A stretch of DNA of 64,000 bases from Malacoraja senta (Eukaryota), in assembly GCA_038087875.1 (NCBI GenBank), contig CM075989.1, forward strand, positions 12,154,001 through 12,218,000, read 5' to 3'. Both the position numbers and the translations under genes were made by a program. Below are positions 13,936-28,046 of this stretch, one piece after another; within the stretch, counting starts at the first letter, position 1, and each line of letters starts with the position of its first letter. The notes beneath the pieces are model-generated. The model made no database searches, had not been told where the DNA came from, and saw only the letters and a list, made by a program, of their open reading frames with translations.

Positions 13936-15217
13936 AATAGACAATAAGTGCAGGAGTAGGCCATTCGGCCCTTCAAGCCAGCACCGCCATTCACTGTGAT
14001 CATGGCTGATCATCCACAATCAGTACCCTGTTCCTATCTTCTTCCCATATCCCTTCTCTCCGCTATCTTTAAGAGCTCTATATAACTCTCTTGAAAGCAT
14101 CCAGAGAATCGGCCTCCACTGCCTTCTGAGGCAGAGAATTCCACAGATTCACTACTCTGGGTGAAAAAGTTTTTCCTCTTCTCCCTACTAAATGGCCTAC
14201 CCCTTATTCTTAAACTGTGGCCCCAACATCGGGAACATGTTTCCTGCCTTTAGCATGTCCAATCCCTTAATAGTCATATGTTTCAATAAGATCTCCACTC
14301 GTCCTTCTAAATTCCAGTGTATACAAGCCCAGTCGCTCCATTCTTTCAACATATGACAGTCCAGCCATCTCGGGAATTAACCTCCTGAACCTACACTGCA
14401 CACCCTCAATAGCAAGAATGTTCTTCCTCAAATTTGGAGACCAAACACTGCACACAGTTTTGGTGAGACCACACTCCAGGTGTGGTCTCACCAAGGCCCT
14501 GTACAACTGCAGAAGGACCTCTTTGCTCCTATACTCAACTCCTCTTGTTATGAAGGCCAACATGCCATTAGCTTTCTTCACTGCCTGCTGTACCTGCATG
14601 CTTACTTTCAGTGAATGATGGACAAGGCCACCCAGATCTCGTTGTACTTCCCCTTTTCCTAACTTGACACCATTCAAATAATAATCTGCCTTCCTGTTCT
14701 TGCCACCAAAGTGATTAATCTAATTTATCCACATTAAACTGCCTCTGCCATGCATCTGCCCACACACCCAACCTGTCCAAGTCATCCTGCATTCTCATAG
14801 CATCCTCCTCACAGTTCACACTGCCACCCAGATTTGTGTCATCTGCAAATTTGCTAATGTTACTTTTAATCCCTTCATCTAAATCATGAATGTATATTGT
14901 AAATAGCTGTAGTCCCAGCACCTTACGGTACCCCACTGCAATTCTGAAAGGGACCCGTTAATCCCTACTCTTTGTTTCCTGTCTGCACACCAATTTTCAA
15001 TCCATGTCAGTACCCTACCCCCAATACCATGTGTTCTAATTTTGCCCACTAATCTCCAATGTGAGACCTTATCAAAGACTTTGTGAAAGTCAAAGTACAC
15101 TACATCCACTGGCTCTCCATTGTCCAATTTCCTAGTTACATCCTCAAAAAATTCCAGAAAATTAGTCATGCATGATTTCCCCTTCGTAAATCCATGCTGA
15201 CTCGGACTGATCCTGTT
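13936..15217 (-). mobile_element. CR1/HER1 LINE, 5'-truncated
   Basis: RT fragments FFEDVT..VDVVYFDFHKVFDKV, KFADDT, LYRALVRPHLE. 3' tail repeat. Confidence 0.9.
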
Positions 15218-16977
15218 AGTTGTTGTGAGACTTGCTCTATTAAAGACAGCATCCTAAATGGAATTTACATCCAAAACAGAGCGGATGACCTACTCTTTAA
15301 CCTTCATCACCTCTGCATGAAGATTGGATTCTCAAATATTACTTGCTGATCTATATACCAATGACTTGTCGCACTTGGAGAATGGGTATCATTTCAATGT
15401 CTTTTTTTTTTGCACGAACTTACTGTAGCCTTGGTTTTTAAGAATATTGACAAGACCAAGATACTCTACCAGTTTGCCTCAGCCTTATACATAATCCACC
15501 TTACACAATTGAGCATTACCCTGGAGATGCTCGAGAACTGTTACCACTGTACCACCTCTTCTGGTTTCTGTTTTTATGTGAAATTGCACAATGTACCGTA
15601 GGGGCCAGATCTCGCACAAATTCACAATGAATTAGTGGAAGAAGATGAAGACTTTGTAAATGGTGTCAAGATGGCCGAGAGCTTCAAATTCCAAGGCGTA
15701 TTAGCATTTTATTCTAGACCAATCACATTGAATCTCCTGTATGGCCAGAAAGCACACCAATGCCTATAGTTTCTCAGAAGACTAAGAAAATTCAGTATGT
15801 CTCCTACAAATCTTGCCAACTTCTACAGGTGCACTGTTGAAAGTAACTGATTGGATGCGTCACAGCTTAGTTAGCAACATCTCTGCAAAAGGCTGCAAGA
15901 AATTGTGGAAGTAATCTGGTCCATGATACAAAGCCTCCACCCCATTGACTCCAACTACACCATGCTGCTCTGGGAAAATAGCCAACGTTAACAAGGACTA
16001 TTTTACCCCAGTAATTCCCTCTACTTCCCTCCCCCGATGACCATAAGATACAATAGTTTGAAAGCACGTACTACCATATTCAGGGCCAGTTACTCTGATG
16101 TCAGACTACAGTCCTCCCAAATGTTAGGGAAAGATTCCGATCTTCCAACCAACCTCATTGCGGACCTTGCACTTTTTTATAAACTGCACTTTCTCCAGAA
16201 CAGTAACGCTATAATGCAGCAACATTATATTCTGCACTCAATTCATAACTCAATGGTCTTTCACTTTGATGTGAAAGTTTGGGATTCACAGAGAAAGATT
16301 AGAGGAATGGGTTTTGGCCAGGCACAAATCTCTGATGGACAAGCAATTGACGCAACATAAAGCAGCTCAGGTCCTGCTTCCAGGCTGGCCCAGAAACAGA
16401 AAATAGGTGCAGGAGTAGGCAATTCGGCCCTTTGAGCCAGCACCGTCATTCAATATGATCATGGCTGATCATCCTAAATCAGTTGCTGCTTTCTCCCCAT
16501 ATCCCTTGATACTGTTAGCCCCAAGAGCTATATCTAACTCCCTTGTAAACATCCAGTGAATTGGCCTCCGCTGCCTTCTGTCGCAGAGAATTCCACAATC
16601 TGTCTGTATTTTATGAATCTTAGTTCAGTGAGACTGATGCATGCATGAGATAATCCAAGCTAATTAGGACTCCCAATGCAACATTACAGATGTTTCATTC
16701 TATGATTAGTAGCACTGTTGAAGGTCCCATTTAATACATCTTCAAATTTCTCTGAAAGCTAAACATTCATATGTGAAACAAGAACATGACGGTTTAGGGG
16801 AGCAGTTAGGCTAACCTTTTGAGTAGAAGTGCAAATATGCCAAGGGAGATCGATTTGCATCCATACTATCACTCACTTGCAAGAAAATTGGCTATCTTCT
16901 GCTTCGAGGAACTTGATGCACATACTGACTCTTGTCCTGTGACTCTGGGGAAAGATCAGGTTAAACACACATGGCAA

Positions 16978-17122
16978 CAATGGCGGACTGGGTCTAAAAA
17001 TATTGGTTGCCAGGAGATGAAGGGGGCCCACTTCATCAGGGGCCCACTTGATATAGGGGGCCCACTTCATCAGGGGCCCACTTGCCATCAGGCAAGCTGA
17101 CACCCTGGCCAGTCCGCCACTG
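16978..17122. mobile_element. hAT-type MITE
   Basis: 14-bp TIR CA(A/G)TGGCGGACTGG (13/14 match). 8-bp TSD CATGGCAA at 16970-16977 and 17123-17130. Internal GGGGCCCACTT x4. Confidence 0.9.
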
Positions 17123-18777
17123 CATGGCAACGTCACTATACAGATACTACGAACTATCATAGAACGTTTCAACAACTACCTCAAGCCTACTGAAAGGTTA
17201 AAACTCACTGTAAATTAAAGATAATTACAACAATGAACTCCCTCATCCAGTTCAGTTTAGTTTATTGCCACGTGCACCGAGGTACAGTGAAAAACCTTTG
17301 TTGTGTGCTAATCAGCCAGCGGAAAGACAATACATAATTACAATCGAGCCATTCACAGTGTACAGCTACATGATAAGGGAATAACTTTCAGTGCAACGTG
17401 TGTTTGGAAGAATAATATCCCCATTGGAATTTTATCAGGAGTTTGGGTTTGTTGCAAAAGATCTTTTTTGGAAAACGTGCAATACTTTTCAGAGGGGTGA
17501 GCCATTCTAATTCTGAGGCATTAACCCCATTGCAGTATCTAGGCAGCGGGAAAGAGAGGTTGAACTTGCTTTGTCAGTGGTTGCCACTGAGCAGCTGTTT
17601 CCAACCTGGCACAACATTGTGATCCTTTATATGCTTACATTCAGAACTATTCCTATGAAAATGACACACAGCTCATCCTCACACTGAAGTATTGTCATCA
17701 AAAACACACAAGAGAGGCTGGTTCAAATACAGCTTAAAAAGTTTGCTTACAAGGGAAACTCAGCCTTTACAAAGAGATTTGTCAAGTTCAGCTAAATTTG
17801 CTAACGCATCATTGAATTCCAAATGACATTCTCTCTCTGTTTGGAACCAATGAATAGTTTGCTAGATTGTTCTCCAAATTTTTACTTTATTTTTGGACTG
17901 TGTACGGCTGCAGGGTGGATTTATTCTGAGTGCCTGGTATTGGTGTCATCTTCTCATCCAGATAAATGAAGAAAGGTTAACAGGTAAGATGATGATTTGT
18001 GGCAGTCAGTCTTTCATTAATCTCATTTGCCAAACTTGACTGGATGTGTATATAACACATAAGATCATTGCATTAGGAATTCATTTTTTCTACAATATTG
18101 TCTGGAAATCAACAATGTGATATCAAGGTGATACCTTTAAATACCTGGTGCATATGTTCAACATCAGTAACTTGGAGAATTCTGCACTCAACAAATGAAG
18201 GAAAGAGCCCAAAAGCTGTATTGTGGCTTTCTGAATGGAGAATCCAATCTGAACGCAAATTCAGTAAATGCTATTTCAATTACTTGGATGGCGAGGATGC
18301 CAATTAATATAATGCAAAACAAAAAATACATGGTAGTGCATATCTTTGATACTAGTGCCTGCGGTAGAAGCTATGATGGTTAATAACCAGCACTCATTAA
18401 TTTTGTATGGAAAACACAGCATAGAAAGAGATCATTCAGATCAAGTGCTCACTCACGGCGTGACATTCTCCCCATTCATCCAAACCCACCATCATCTCCT
18501 ATTCCATCCTCCTTTGGGAAGAAGTTTCACATTTGCACTCTGAATTCATTAAGATGGGGACTTGTTTTCTCTACATTTATCAATCAAATTAGTTCAGAAT
18601 TTGAAAGACCTGTCAGGTCATCACTCAGCTTTCACTTTACTCCGTGCTCTTGCCCATGTGGGGTTTTTCTGCGGCACTCTTCTGCATGATTGTGTTGTAC
18701 TCTGTGTGTGGACAGATTGTGGAGAGAAGCTGCCATCGGGTGCTAGGTAACGACACTGGACTTTTAAAGGCTGAAGG

Positions 18778-18898
18778 ATGATGCAGCACCTGGTTCTGCA
18801 CGGAGGGCTGCTGCTGGCGCTGCCTCTGTGCCTGACTCTGGATTTTGACTGGGCAAAAGAACATGGCGGATCCTTCTACTATGGGACTTTCCCTGCTG
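18778..18898 (+). CDS. LCTL: Lactase-like protein (gamma-Klotho), exon 1 with signal peptide
   Basis: MMQHLVLHGGLLLALPLCLTLDFDWAKEHGGSFYYGTFPA. Hydrophobic signal followed by the GH1 start SFYYGTFP. Donor G|gtaagt, phase 1. Confidence 0.9.
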
Positions 18899-21104
18899 GT
18901 AAGTACATTGAAGGACTCAAGTAGAGCTAGGAACTAGTGCGATGTATTAATTTACTGTTAATACTTTTAAGATGCTGTATGATTAAGGTATGAGTTTTAT
19001 GGTTAGAACAAATCTATCATTACAGAATGTCCATTTCTGGTCACTGATCTAAAAGTTTAAGAATAATCAAGAAAAATAATGTTGGTCCTTCTCAGTTCTG
19101 GAATCTTTATACCAGATTTGTTTCTAAACTTTACGCAATATAAGAATAAACTGATCTTTTGATATGTTCTCTGTGTCCAATAGCTTCAGAATTCTTACCA
19201 GTTTAGAGCAGGCCAATGTTTGTTACCAGAAGCTGGATTATATGCACCACATTAAGTTTTCAATGCCGAAGGACTGTTGGCCCTGTAGTGGCAGATTATT
19301 GACAGTTCCCGTAAGAAACAGTATGTAAATTTACAAATCAAGATCCGGGTGAAAAAAAGAGACAAATATTCAAAATCTTGATTGGTTGAATCTAACAATT
19401 ATTCTGAAAAGACTTTAGGATATTGGAATTGTTACAGCACCAAGGACTAGGATCTATCTGCATCATCTTCCACTATCCCAATGGTCAATTGATACAATAA
19501 TAGCAGAGTCACTGAGTACACAGACGATTTATTAATCAGTCCACAACAAATCTAGGCTAGAAATGAATAAAGCCCCCATGATACGTAGCTTTAGGAACTG
19601 AAATGAATGGCCGCTCCATCTTTCCATAAAATAATTCGACTTTACATTAACTTTCCAATATCCCTTAATTCATTACAACCTCAGAAACTACCTAATCTGA
19701 GCCTCAAACATGCAAATGACGAAGCACCAATTGTATGGTGCTGCAGAGAATTCAAAATAAATCTCTACTCAGCTCTCCCAAGTAGATGACCTTATTGATT
19801 GAATCCATGATTTCTAATTCTGGATTTCACAACCAGTGGACATGTCCTTCTGTCTAACCCTCCCAAGATCTTTTATGAAACCTCTCTTGTTCTTGTGTGC
19901 TCCTATGTGTGAGTGAGCATAACACTTGGGAAACATTAAGTCCAAAGACATCTGCTTTCCACTGTACAACCTCTCAGATTATTCATGCAGAATCTCAAAA
20001 TGTTATTTCCTTTAAGAAATATGTCTAATTTGCATTCCTTCCACTTCCAGTGCTGTGGGAGTTATGTAGGCTTCAAATTAAATAAAGGTCTTGATATTAA
20101 AAATTCCAACTTTGCTTTTAAGTTCCTCCAAGATTTTGCCCCTAGTCACCCTGAGTGGAACACTTCCATCCCTGTAAACTCTGGTTCTACAACTCTCTAG
20201 GATCTCTGTGTTCCCCCAACTCTCACAGCCTTCCAATCAACGTGGATTTTAATCTCTTTGTCAGTTACTTGGACACCAACCCTAACTTCTCTGCCTCCCT
20301 CTCCTCCTTTCATGCTCCTTAAAGCACAACTCGTTGGTTGACTTTTGGTTCTCTCTCTGCCATCTCCTTTTGTGACACGCCTTGGATGTTTTACTATGTT
20401 CATGGCAGACTATACAAATTAATGAACAGTCCCATGCAGCTGCAGATCTTGTGACAGCATGGTTGTTGTTTCTCGTCTCGTACTGGACCAGACACAATCA
20501 GCTCCACACCAATTTTCTAAAATCACTTCAGTTTGTATTTGGAGCTGAAAGTCATGCAGTACAATCTTTAAACGTTCTGTGCTGCAGCATATATGAGCAA
20601 CACAGTGGTTCAGCAGGTAGTTCTGCTGCTTCACATCTCCAGTGACCTGGGTTTGATCCTGACCTTAGCTCCGATTTCCATGTTCTCTCTGTGACAATGT
20701 GGCTTTTGTCTGGGTACTCTGAGTTTTCTCCCATATCCGAAACTCATAAGAGTTGTTGGGTTTATTGGTCAGACTAAGTTGTCCCAAGTGTAGGTGGGTG
20801 GCTGGTGAATTAGGGTAGATTTCAAGGCGCGTCACGTTTATTGTCACATGCACAAGTGTGGTGAGATACAGGTACAATGAAAATCTTGCTTGCAGCAGCA
20901 TCACAGGCATATAGACTCAGAATAGAGACGTCCTGCCATGTATGAGAAATAATAATTACAAGGGAAATAAGTGGGATAATGGGATTTTACTAACAGCCAG
21001 CATAAGCTCAATCAGATGAATGGCCTTGGAATATTTCCAAGTACCAATCAATGCACAAATATATTGTCGTGAAACACAGCGTTTAAGTACTCTACTGATT
21101 TTAG

Positions 21105-21265
21105 GTTTCTCCTGGGGTGTGGGCAGTTCAGCCTACCAGACAGAAGGAGCTTGGAATCAAGATGGGAAAGGTCTCAGTATCTGGGATGTTTTCACGCATA
21201 AGAAAGGAAAAGTATTCCTGAATGAAACAGGGGACTCATCCTGTGAAAGCTATTATAAATTCAAG
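21105..21265 (+). CDS. LCTL: LCTL exon 2
   Basis: [32 protein letters not shown], the GH1 N-terminal signature. ag/gt junctions. Confidence 0.95.
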
Positions 21266-21770
21266 GTAAGAACATAGAATATGGGTTTGTGTTAGAGTTT
21301 TTCACATCTCAAGGTATTTTGCAGGCAATGATACCCATTTAAGGTGGAATATGGTGAAATTCCATAACAGAATGGGTATGATTGGATCACCCACTGTCAA
21401 TCATGTCTATTGACCACTTTTCTGAGACTGACTAGATTTACAATTCTATATGCAACTATCCTCCATCGCCAAGTATTTCTGGTGAAAATACCTTGTTTTG
21501 ATTACCTAACCGAGTTAATCCTACTTGCCTGCACCTGGCCCTCATCCCAAACCTTTCCAATCCATCAACATGTCCGAGTGTTGTGGTAATGTACCATAAC
21601 ACTCGGACCATTTTTTCAGGTAGCTATTTCCAAATGTGCACCATCCTTTTTGTGAAAAATTTGCCCCTCAGGTCTCTTTTAAATGTTGCCCTCTCACCTT
21701 ATACCTCTTATGCCCTTCGGAAAGATTTTGGGCGTTCGCCTTATCTATGGTCTGTCTGTCTGTCTATCTA

Positions 21771-22804
21771 TCTATCTCTAAAATTCTCATCTTGTTTGTT
21801 ATTATGTATGTCTGTCTGTCTGTCTGCCTGTCTGTCTGTGTCTGTGATGTCCTGAATTACGCCAAAACGGTACACGATAGCGCTACAATTTTGGCCCACA
21901 TTACTCACCATTGTCCTGTGGTGTGTTGTATCAAGTTTTGTTCAGATTAATGGTATATTTTATAAGTTATTGACATTTTAATCTTTACAAAGCCCCACTT
22001 TAAAAAAATCTCTTCCATCTGCACTGGCAGTTAGCAGTGTATGATGTCACAATGGGATCTAATTTACATAATCTGCCCGTCAGCAGTGTTCCACCCCACG
22101 ATGACATCACAATGGGATCTCATTTACTTTTTTAAAAGTCTGTTTTAAAAAACACAACAGCATTCTATTCAGATTGATGTTATATTTTACAAGTAGTTCA
22201 CATTTTAAACTTTAAAAAATTAACTTTTCACTTTAAAAATCAAACTTTTCACTTGAAAACTTGCCCTGCCTGTTAAAATGTTACCAAATGACAGAACACC
22301 CAGTGCAATGAGAGATTTGTTACGTTATCAGGAGAGAGATGGAATGGGGGAGGGGAGACACGACTCCAAGTGCAATGAGAGATTTGTTACATTGTTGTAA
22401 GGAGAGGGAGGGGGTGGGGAGGGGAGGAGGCGAAATGTTATTTAAACATTGTGTTTACTGGGGGAGTGGGATGGGGAGAGGGGAGATAGAGGGAGAGGAT
22501 GGGGGGTAGGGTGGGGAGAGGGGTTATGAAGGGAGGGAGGGAGGGAGTGATCGAGGGTACGGGAAAGGAGAGGGAGGGAGAGGTGATGGAGGGTGGGGGA
22601 GGGGAGGAGGGGAAAGAAGATGGGAGGTGTAGAGGAGGTTGAGGGAGTGCTGGGGATGAGGGGAAATGAGCCGCACCTGTGCAGTTGGGGGCTATGGGTG
22701 AGTGGTGGAATATTGCGTTGGGGGAACGGGTTGCGTTGGGGGAATGGGTGAGTAGTGGAATATTGTGTTGGGGGAACGGGGCCCAATGGGTCCCACTTGG
22801 TCTA
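21771..22804 (+). mobile_element. Non-autonomous Helitron-like element, copy 1
   Basis: TC start. 3' hairpin GGGGCCC-AAT-GGGTCCC followed by ACTTGGTCTA. Homologous to the other two copies. 5' boundary approximate. Confidence 0.7.
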
Positions 22805-23577
22805 TTATATTACGAAAACTCTCATCTTGTTTGTTATTATGTCTGTCTGTCTGTGATGTCCTGAATTACGTCAAAACGGTACACGATAGCTCTACAATTT
22901 TTGGCCCACCTTACCCACCATTGGCCTGTGGTGTGTTGTATAAGGTTTTGTTCAGATTGATGGTATATTTTACAAGTTATTGACATTTTAAACTTTACAA
23001 AACACAATTTTGAAAAAATCTCTTCTATCTGCACCGGCAGTTTGCAGCGCATGACATCACAATGGGATATGACATCACAATGGGATCTAATTTACAGAAA
23101 CTGCCCATCAGCAGTGTTCCACCCCACAATGACATCACAATGGGATCTCATTTACATTTTTAAAAACTCAGTTAAAAAAATTACAGCAGCTTCCACCTCA
23201 CATTCATGTCAAGGTGGGTAGGGAGGGGAGAGTGTTATGGAGGGAGGTAGGGAGTGACTGAGGGTCAGGGAAAGGAGGGGGAGGGAGAGGTGAGGGAGGG
23301 AGTGGGGGAGGGGAAAAGGAGAGGGCAAAGAAGAGGGAGGGTGAAGAGGAGGGGGAGGATGTGCTGGGGATGAGGGGGAATGGAGGATAGCGGTAGGAGG
23401 GATGACGAGGCACAGTTGGGAGGGTTGCCGTGACTCGCGTCACCACGGGGATCTCTGGCGTCACAACGGCAACCTGTCAGCCTGCACAGTTGGGGGCTAT
23501 GGGTGAGTGGTGGAATATTGCGTTCGGGGACCAGCCCTCCCGTGTGACAAGGACACAACGTGTCCCACTTGGTCTAG
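22805..23577 (+). mobile_element. Non-autonomous Helitron-like element, copy 2 (head-to-tail)
   Basis: Same 5' sequence as copy 1. 3' hairpin GGACAC-AAC-GTGTCC and terminal CTAG at 23574-23577. Confidence 0.72.
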
Positions 23578-23729
23578 AAATATTATAAACCTCTATAACA
23601 TAATCCTTCAGGCTCCTATGTTCCAGGTAATTAATTCCTAGCCTGTCCAGCAAACGTTCTAGACCCAGTAACATCTTCATAATTTTCCTCATGCATGCAA
23701 AGCCTGGTTAACACCTGATTTTATTACAG

Positions 23730-23817
23730 GAGGACATTGCCTTGTTGAAGGAATTAAAAGTCAATCATTATCGCTTTTCTATATCCTGGCCTCGAATCAT
23801 ACCAACGGGGATAAAAG
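23730..23817 (+). CDS. LCTL: LCTL exon 3
   Basis: EDIALLKELKVNHYRFSISWPRIIPTGIK. ttacag| acceptor, G|gtaaca donor. Confidence 0.95.
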
Positions 23818-24454
23818 GTAACATCTCTCACTTTACTGTCTTGCTGGGAAGGGAGTCAGCCTTCTCTGAATGCTAGTAAGCTAATGTTAATGCTGTCAGA
23901 ACTGAGCAGATTCCATCCTTGTTCACAGGGAGAAAATGAACTTTAGCATAATCTTTTGTTGCACTTCAGCATCCACAGATTTGCACATAATTGGCAGAGA
24001 GTGGAAGGGTGTCAGGCCGGGTAAAAGTTCTGGGACTAAGCAGATATTAAGTATTTTTACTTTGTAATACAAATCAATTACAAGGAGTTATGGTTTGCAT
24101 TTCTGGTCGCCACATTATAGGCAGGATGTGTAGGTTTGGGAAATCAGATATAATAGCAATGATTAAAAGGCACAGAGAGACAGGAACTGAGGGATATAGA
24201 CCTATATAGATATAGGTAGATGTGAAGTTTACAATGGTGTCATGTTCGGCACAAAGTTTATGGGCCAAAGGGCATAGTCCCGAGCTAAGAGTTCATATGA
24301 CGTCTCTCTTTTCACACTTTTTGGTTTGGAACCCCCTTTAAACATTTTCTGCTTCATAAGCATTTGGCCTCAGTCACCCTGTAAGGGAAGGGAAAGAAGC
24401 TGTGCATTTGCCCACAGCTGTGACAGACCAGGCTTGAAGAACCAGGATGGCATC

Positions 24455-25030
24455 ATATTCATAATCATACTTTATTAGCCAAGTATGTTTTGCAACATAC
24501 AAGGAATTACAGTGCAACATACATGCAACATACAGTCATACCAATAAAAAAGCAACAGAACACACAAAATACATTTTAACATGAACATCCACTACAGTGA
24601 CTCCTCCACATTCCTCACTGTGATGGAAGGATAAAAAAAGTTTTATCGGGGGCCTTCTTTCTCCCGTAGCCGGGGCGATCAAGCTCCTGCATCGGGGGGG
24701 AATCTCAGCTCCCCCGCTCCGGGCGATCTACCCCGGGTTGGGGCTAGTCGAACGTCGTGCGGCTTTTGGAGCTTCCCGACATCGGTCTCAACCCGAGACT
24801 GCAAGCTCCTTGATGTTAAAGGCCGCAGGCCGCAGTTGGAGCATCGAGCCCAGGCAAGGGATCGGCTCTGATGGTAAGTCCACGCCCTGCGGTGGGGCTC
24901 AAAGTCAGTCCCGAGCAGGCCTCCAGCTCCACGATGTTAGGTGGCAGAGTGACCGGAGATACAATCCGGATAACAATCGCATCTCCGGCAAGGTAAGAGA
25001 TAGAAAAAGTTTCCCCCGACTCCCCCGCCC
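24455..25030. repeat. Probable interspersed repeat (GC-rich body, LINE-like tail), family unidentified
   Basis: Abrupt CpG-rich block in an AT-rich intron with a simple-repeat terminus. Confidence 0.4.
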
Positions 25031-25596
25031 ACTACATATCCTTCCTGCAATGGGGCGAACGGAACTGAAATCCACGATTCCTATAATTATTTTGTATTAT
25101 TGAGAAAAAATACCTGTTATGCCCACCACTTTAACCTTGGCTGACACCCTTCCACTCTCGGCCAACCTTGTACAAATTTATGGGTACTGAAGTGTAACTA
25201 AGGATTATACTAAGGTTATTTTCTCTCCCTGTTTCTGTGCTTTGAGTTATGAGGATAAATCTATCATCCTGAGTGAGGTCAGTTAATAGCTGTATACCTC
25301 TGCTTACCAAACTTGCTGATGCTGGGATACTAAGTCAGTATTAAAAATTCCATGCTGAGCAATGACACCTCCCAACCTTTCCTCCCCACTACATCAACTC
25401 CCAAATCTGATCTCCGGCACTGCCACATACAGTAGCCTAGCAGTATTATCACTACAAAAGAGTCTTGATATAACTGTGGGAGGAGGTCCTCACTCTAGGA
25501 AAGTTAGAGTAGAGTATAACAAAGATTGTATTTACAAATAAATGTTTCATTTGTACATTATAGATAATCTATTTCTTATCTTTCAAAATTCTCCAG

Positions 25597-25706
25597 CCGA
25601 GCAAGTGAATGGCAAAGGAATCGACTATTATAATGAACTGATAAACACCCTACAGGAGAGCCAAATTCTGCCCATAGTGACCCTGTACCACTGGGATCTT
25701 CCACAG
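25597..25706 (+). CDS. LCTL: LCTL exon 4
   Basis: [37 protein letters not shown], with the GH1 TLYHWDLPQ motif. Confidence 0.95.
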
Positions 25707-27599
25707 GTCTGTACCAAACGTTTAAATGTGATTTAGGATATACTGGTACAGTTTCAGTCAAGGGAATGCCGAGTTTCAAAGAGACAATAAACCCAACCTT
25801 GCCTGTAGTGTGAGAACAAACAAATAAATGAGCACTGACTCTTCAGCTGAATGTCAGTCACAAAAAGGCAACAATTATACACAATAGCCACATCCCACAG
25901 ATAAATAAAAATAAAAGAGCATAGGCCTCATCCACATGATTAATTTTAACCTGTGCAGGAGGGGACTGTTGTGTTCGTCCTAAGGACCATGCTTTTAGAG
26001 AAAGTGGTCGTGTCGCTCAGAATACTGTGATGCTACAACCCAGTCTTAATCTACTGAATTCTGACATTGCAACCAAAATGATTGCAATCTTTCTCAGCAG
26101 GGGAATCCGCAAGGGTGGGGTGGAGGGAATGGAAAGTGGGAAATCGACCATCTCAATAATCATTTAAAAATTCAATATGATTGTGAGCATACATTTGTCC
26201 ATTTACATCAGAATGCATATATGTGCCTCTCCACAAGATGGCAAATCTGAATTTCTGCACTTCCCCCTGTATGTGAAAAGTCTGGCTTTATTTTACCTTT
26301 TCAGATTTAGGTACTTGTGACCAACTTTAACAACTCTGCTACCACTCTTCCCACCACAGACTGAACGACCAGGGACCAGACGTTCTAGCTCTAGTACAGC
26401 TGTGTTACACACAGGTTCCTATATTACTGTCGGACTAGTGTCTCCACCTATCTGAGTGGGGTTTGATTACTTTGGTTGTGCAGAAGTGTTATTAAGAGAT
26501 TTAATAATGACAATAGATCAGGATTCTTAGTTCTGTGGTGATATAGGATTTAACATCTCTGAGGTTGACAGACTACAGTGGCAACAATGTAACAGCTGAC
26601 ATAATGAACTCCCTCCCTACCCTTATGTGCTATCAGTGGAGCAGGTCCTCATGATCAATTTGGGGTCAACATGCAGATAATCTAATGATCTATAATGTTT
26701 GATGACTGATCAGGTCACCCTTCCCTGGCTGCAATGTCTTTTAAGGTAAAACCCTGCCAGTTATTAACTGATTTAATTGTTACTTCTCCTTTAACATTAC
26801 ACTAAATGTCACATCTCACTCTTCCTTAGTGTAAACAAACAGGATTTCAGACCAGACTAACTTTGCTGCCTGATTTAAAACTGTATCAATGCCACATTTT
26901 GAATTGCATTCTCGTGGCTACACTCAGCTTTAACATATAGTCACAATTAAGTTTAAGATTGGAAAATACAAAATTTAATCTATTCCCGCCACCTGCTCTC
27001 TCCTTTTGAATGCACTGCCTTTATGTCAGGGGTTTATTGGAACTGATATGTAACTTGAACAAACGGTCCCACGAGACACAGAGGAATTGAGATTATAATC
27101 ACTCTGTTCGGATATGAACTCTGTTGAAATGCTCTAACAATATTTATTTTGACTCAATACCTTTGACTATTTAATATTTACAAAGAAATTGCTATGAAAC
27201 CAGCCTTCTTGGAGTCCTTTTTATTACTGTCAAGAATTTCATTGTCTTGGGAAAGGAGTTCAGAAAAGAGCTGTGTTAATCTTAACAAAGGCGTCTCTCT
27301 CCATCTCTTTTCACAGCCTGTACATTTATGGTTCTCTTAGGGCATACTGGGTTATTAAAATATTTTTTCCAATTTCTGTGGATGCGGTCCACAATTCCCT
27401 TTACTGTACAGCCACCTGGCCCTGTTAATGTAAGTACCGTAAACCACATTATATTGGACCAGAAACAAACAACTGCAAGTGCTGGAGTAACTCAGCAGGT
27501 CAGACAGCACCTCTGGAGAACATGAATAGGTGACGATTTGGGTCGAGACTCTTTTTCAGACTCTCAGTCCACAACGAGGCGTGGATTCCAGGTGAGTAG

Positions 27600-28046
27600 A
27601 TGGCCCGGGCCTGCTGACCCAAGGAGAGGTGAAGATTAGTGGAGTCGTTGGTACCGGCCTGCAGGCGGCTGGAGTGCAGGTAAGGGTCGGCAGCGGGCTA
27701 GAAAGCTGTGTGGGCCGGCAGAGGCAGCAGTAGGTCTGGCCTGGAAGCGGCCGGGCAGGGCAGTGTGGGCCAGGGGTGGTGTCGGCATCCCAGCCTAAAA
27801 GCGGCCGGGAAGATGGTGTCGGCAGCCCAGCCTGGAAGTGACTAAGGGTGGCATTGTTAGCCCAGCCTGAAAGTGGCAAGGGAATCGGTGTGGGCCGGCC
27901 TGGAAGTGGCTGGTGGTGGCATCGGCAGCGCACCTGAAAGCCTGAAAGTAGCCCAGCCGGGGAGGCGGTGAAGCCGGTGGTGGTTAGAATCTGCCGCTAT
28001 AACCAAAATCCGTTTTAAGGAGGTTCATTAAAACGAAGATTTACTG
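27600..28046. repeat. GC-rich imperfect tandem repeat ending in a pogo-like TIR remnant
   Basis: Recurrent GGTGTCGGCA(G/T)CCCAGCCTG(G/A)AAG(C/T)GGC units. Ends ...CGAAGATTTACTG|TA. Confidence 0.5.
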
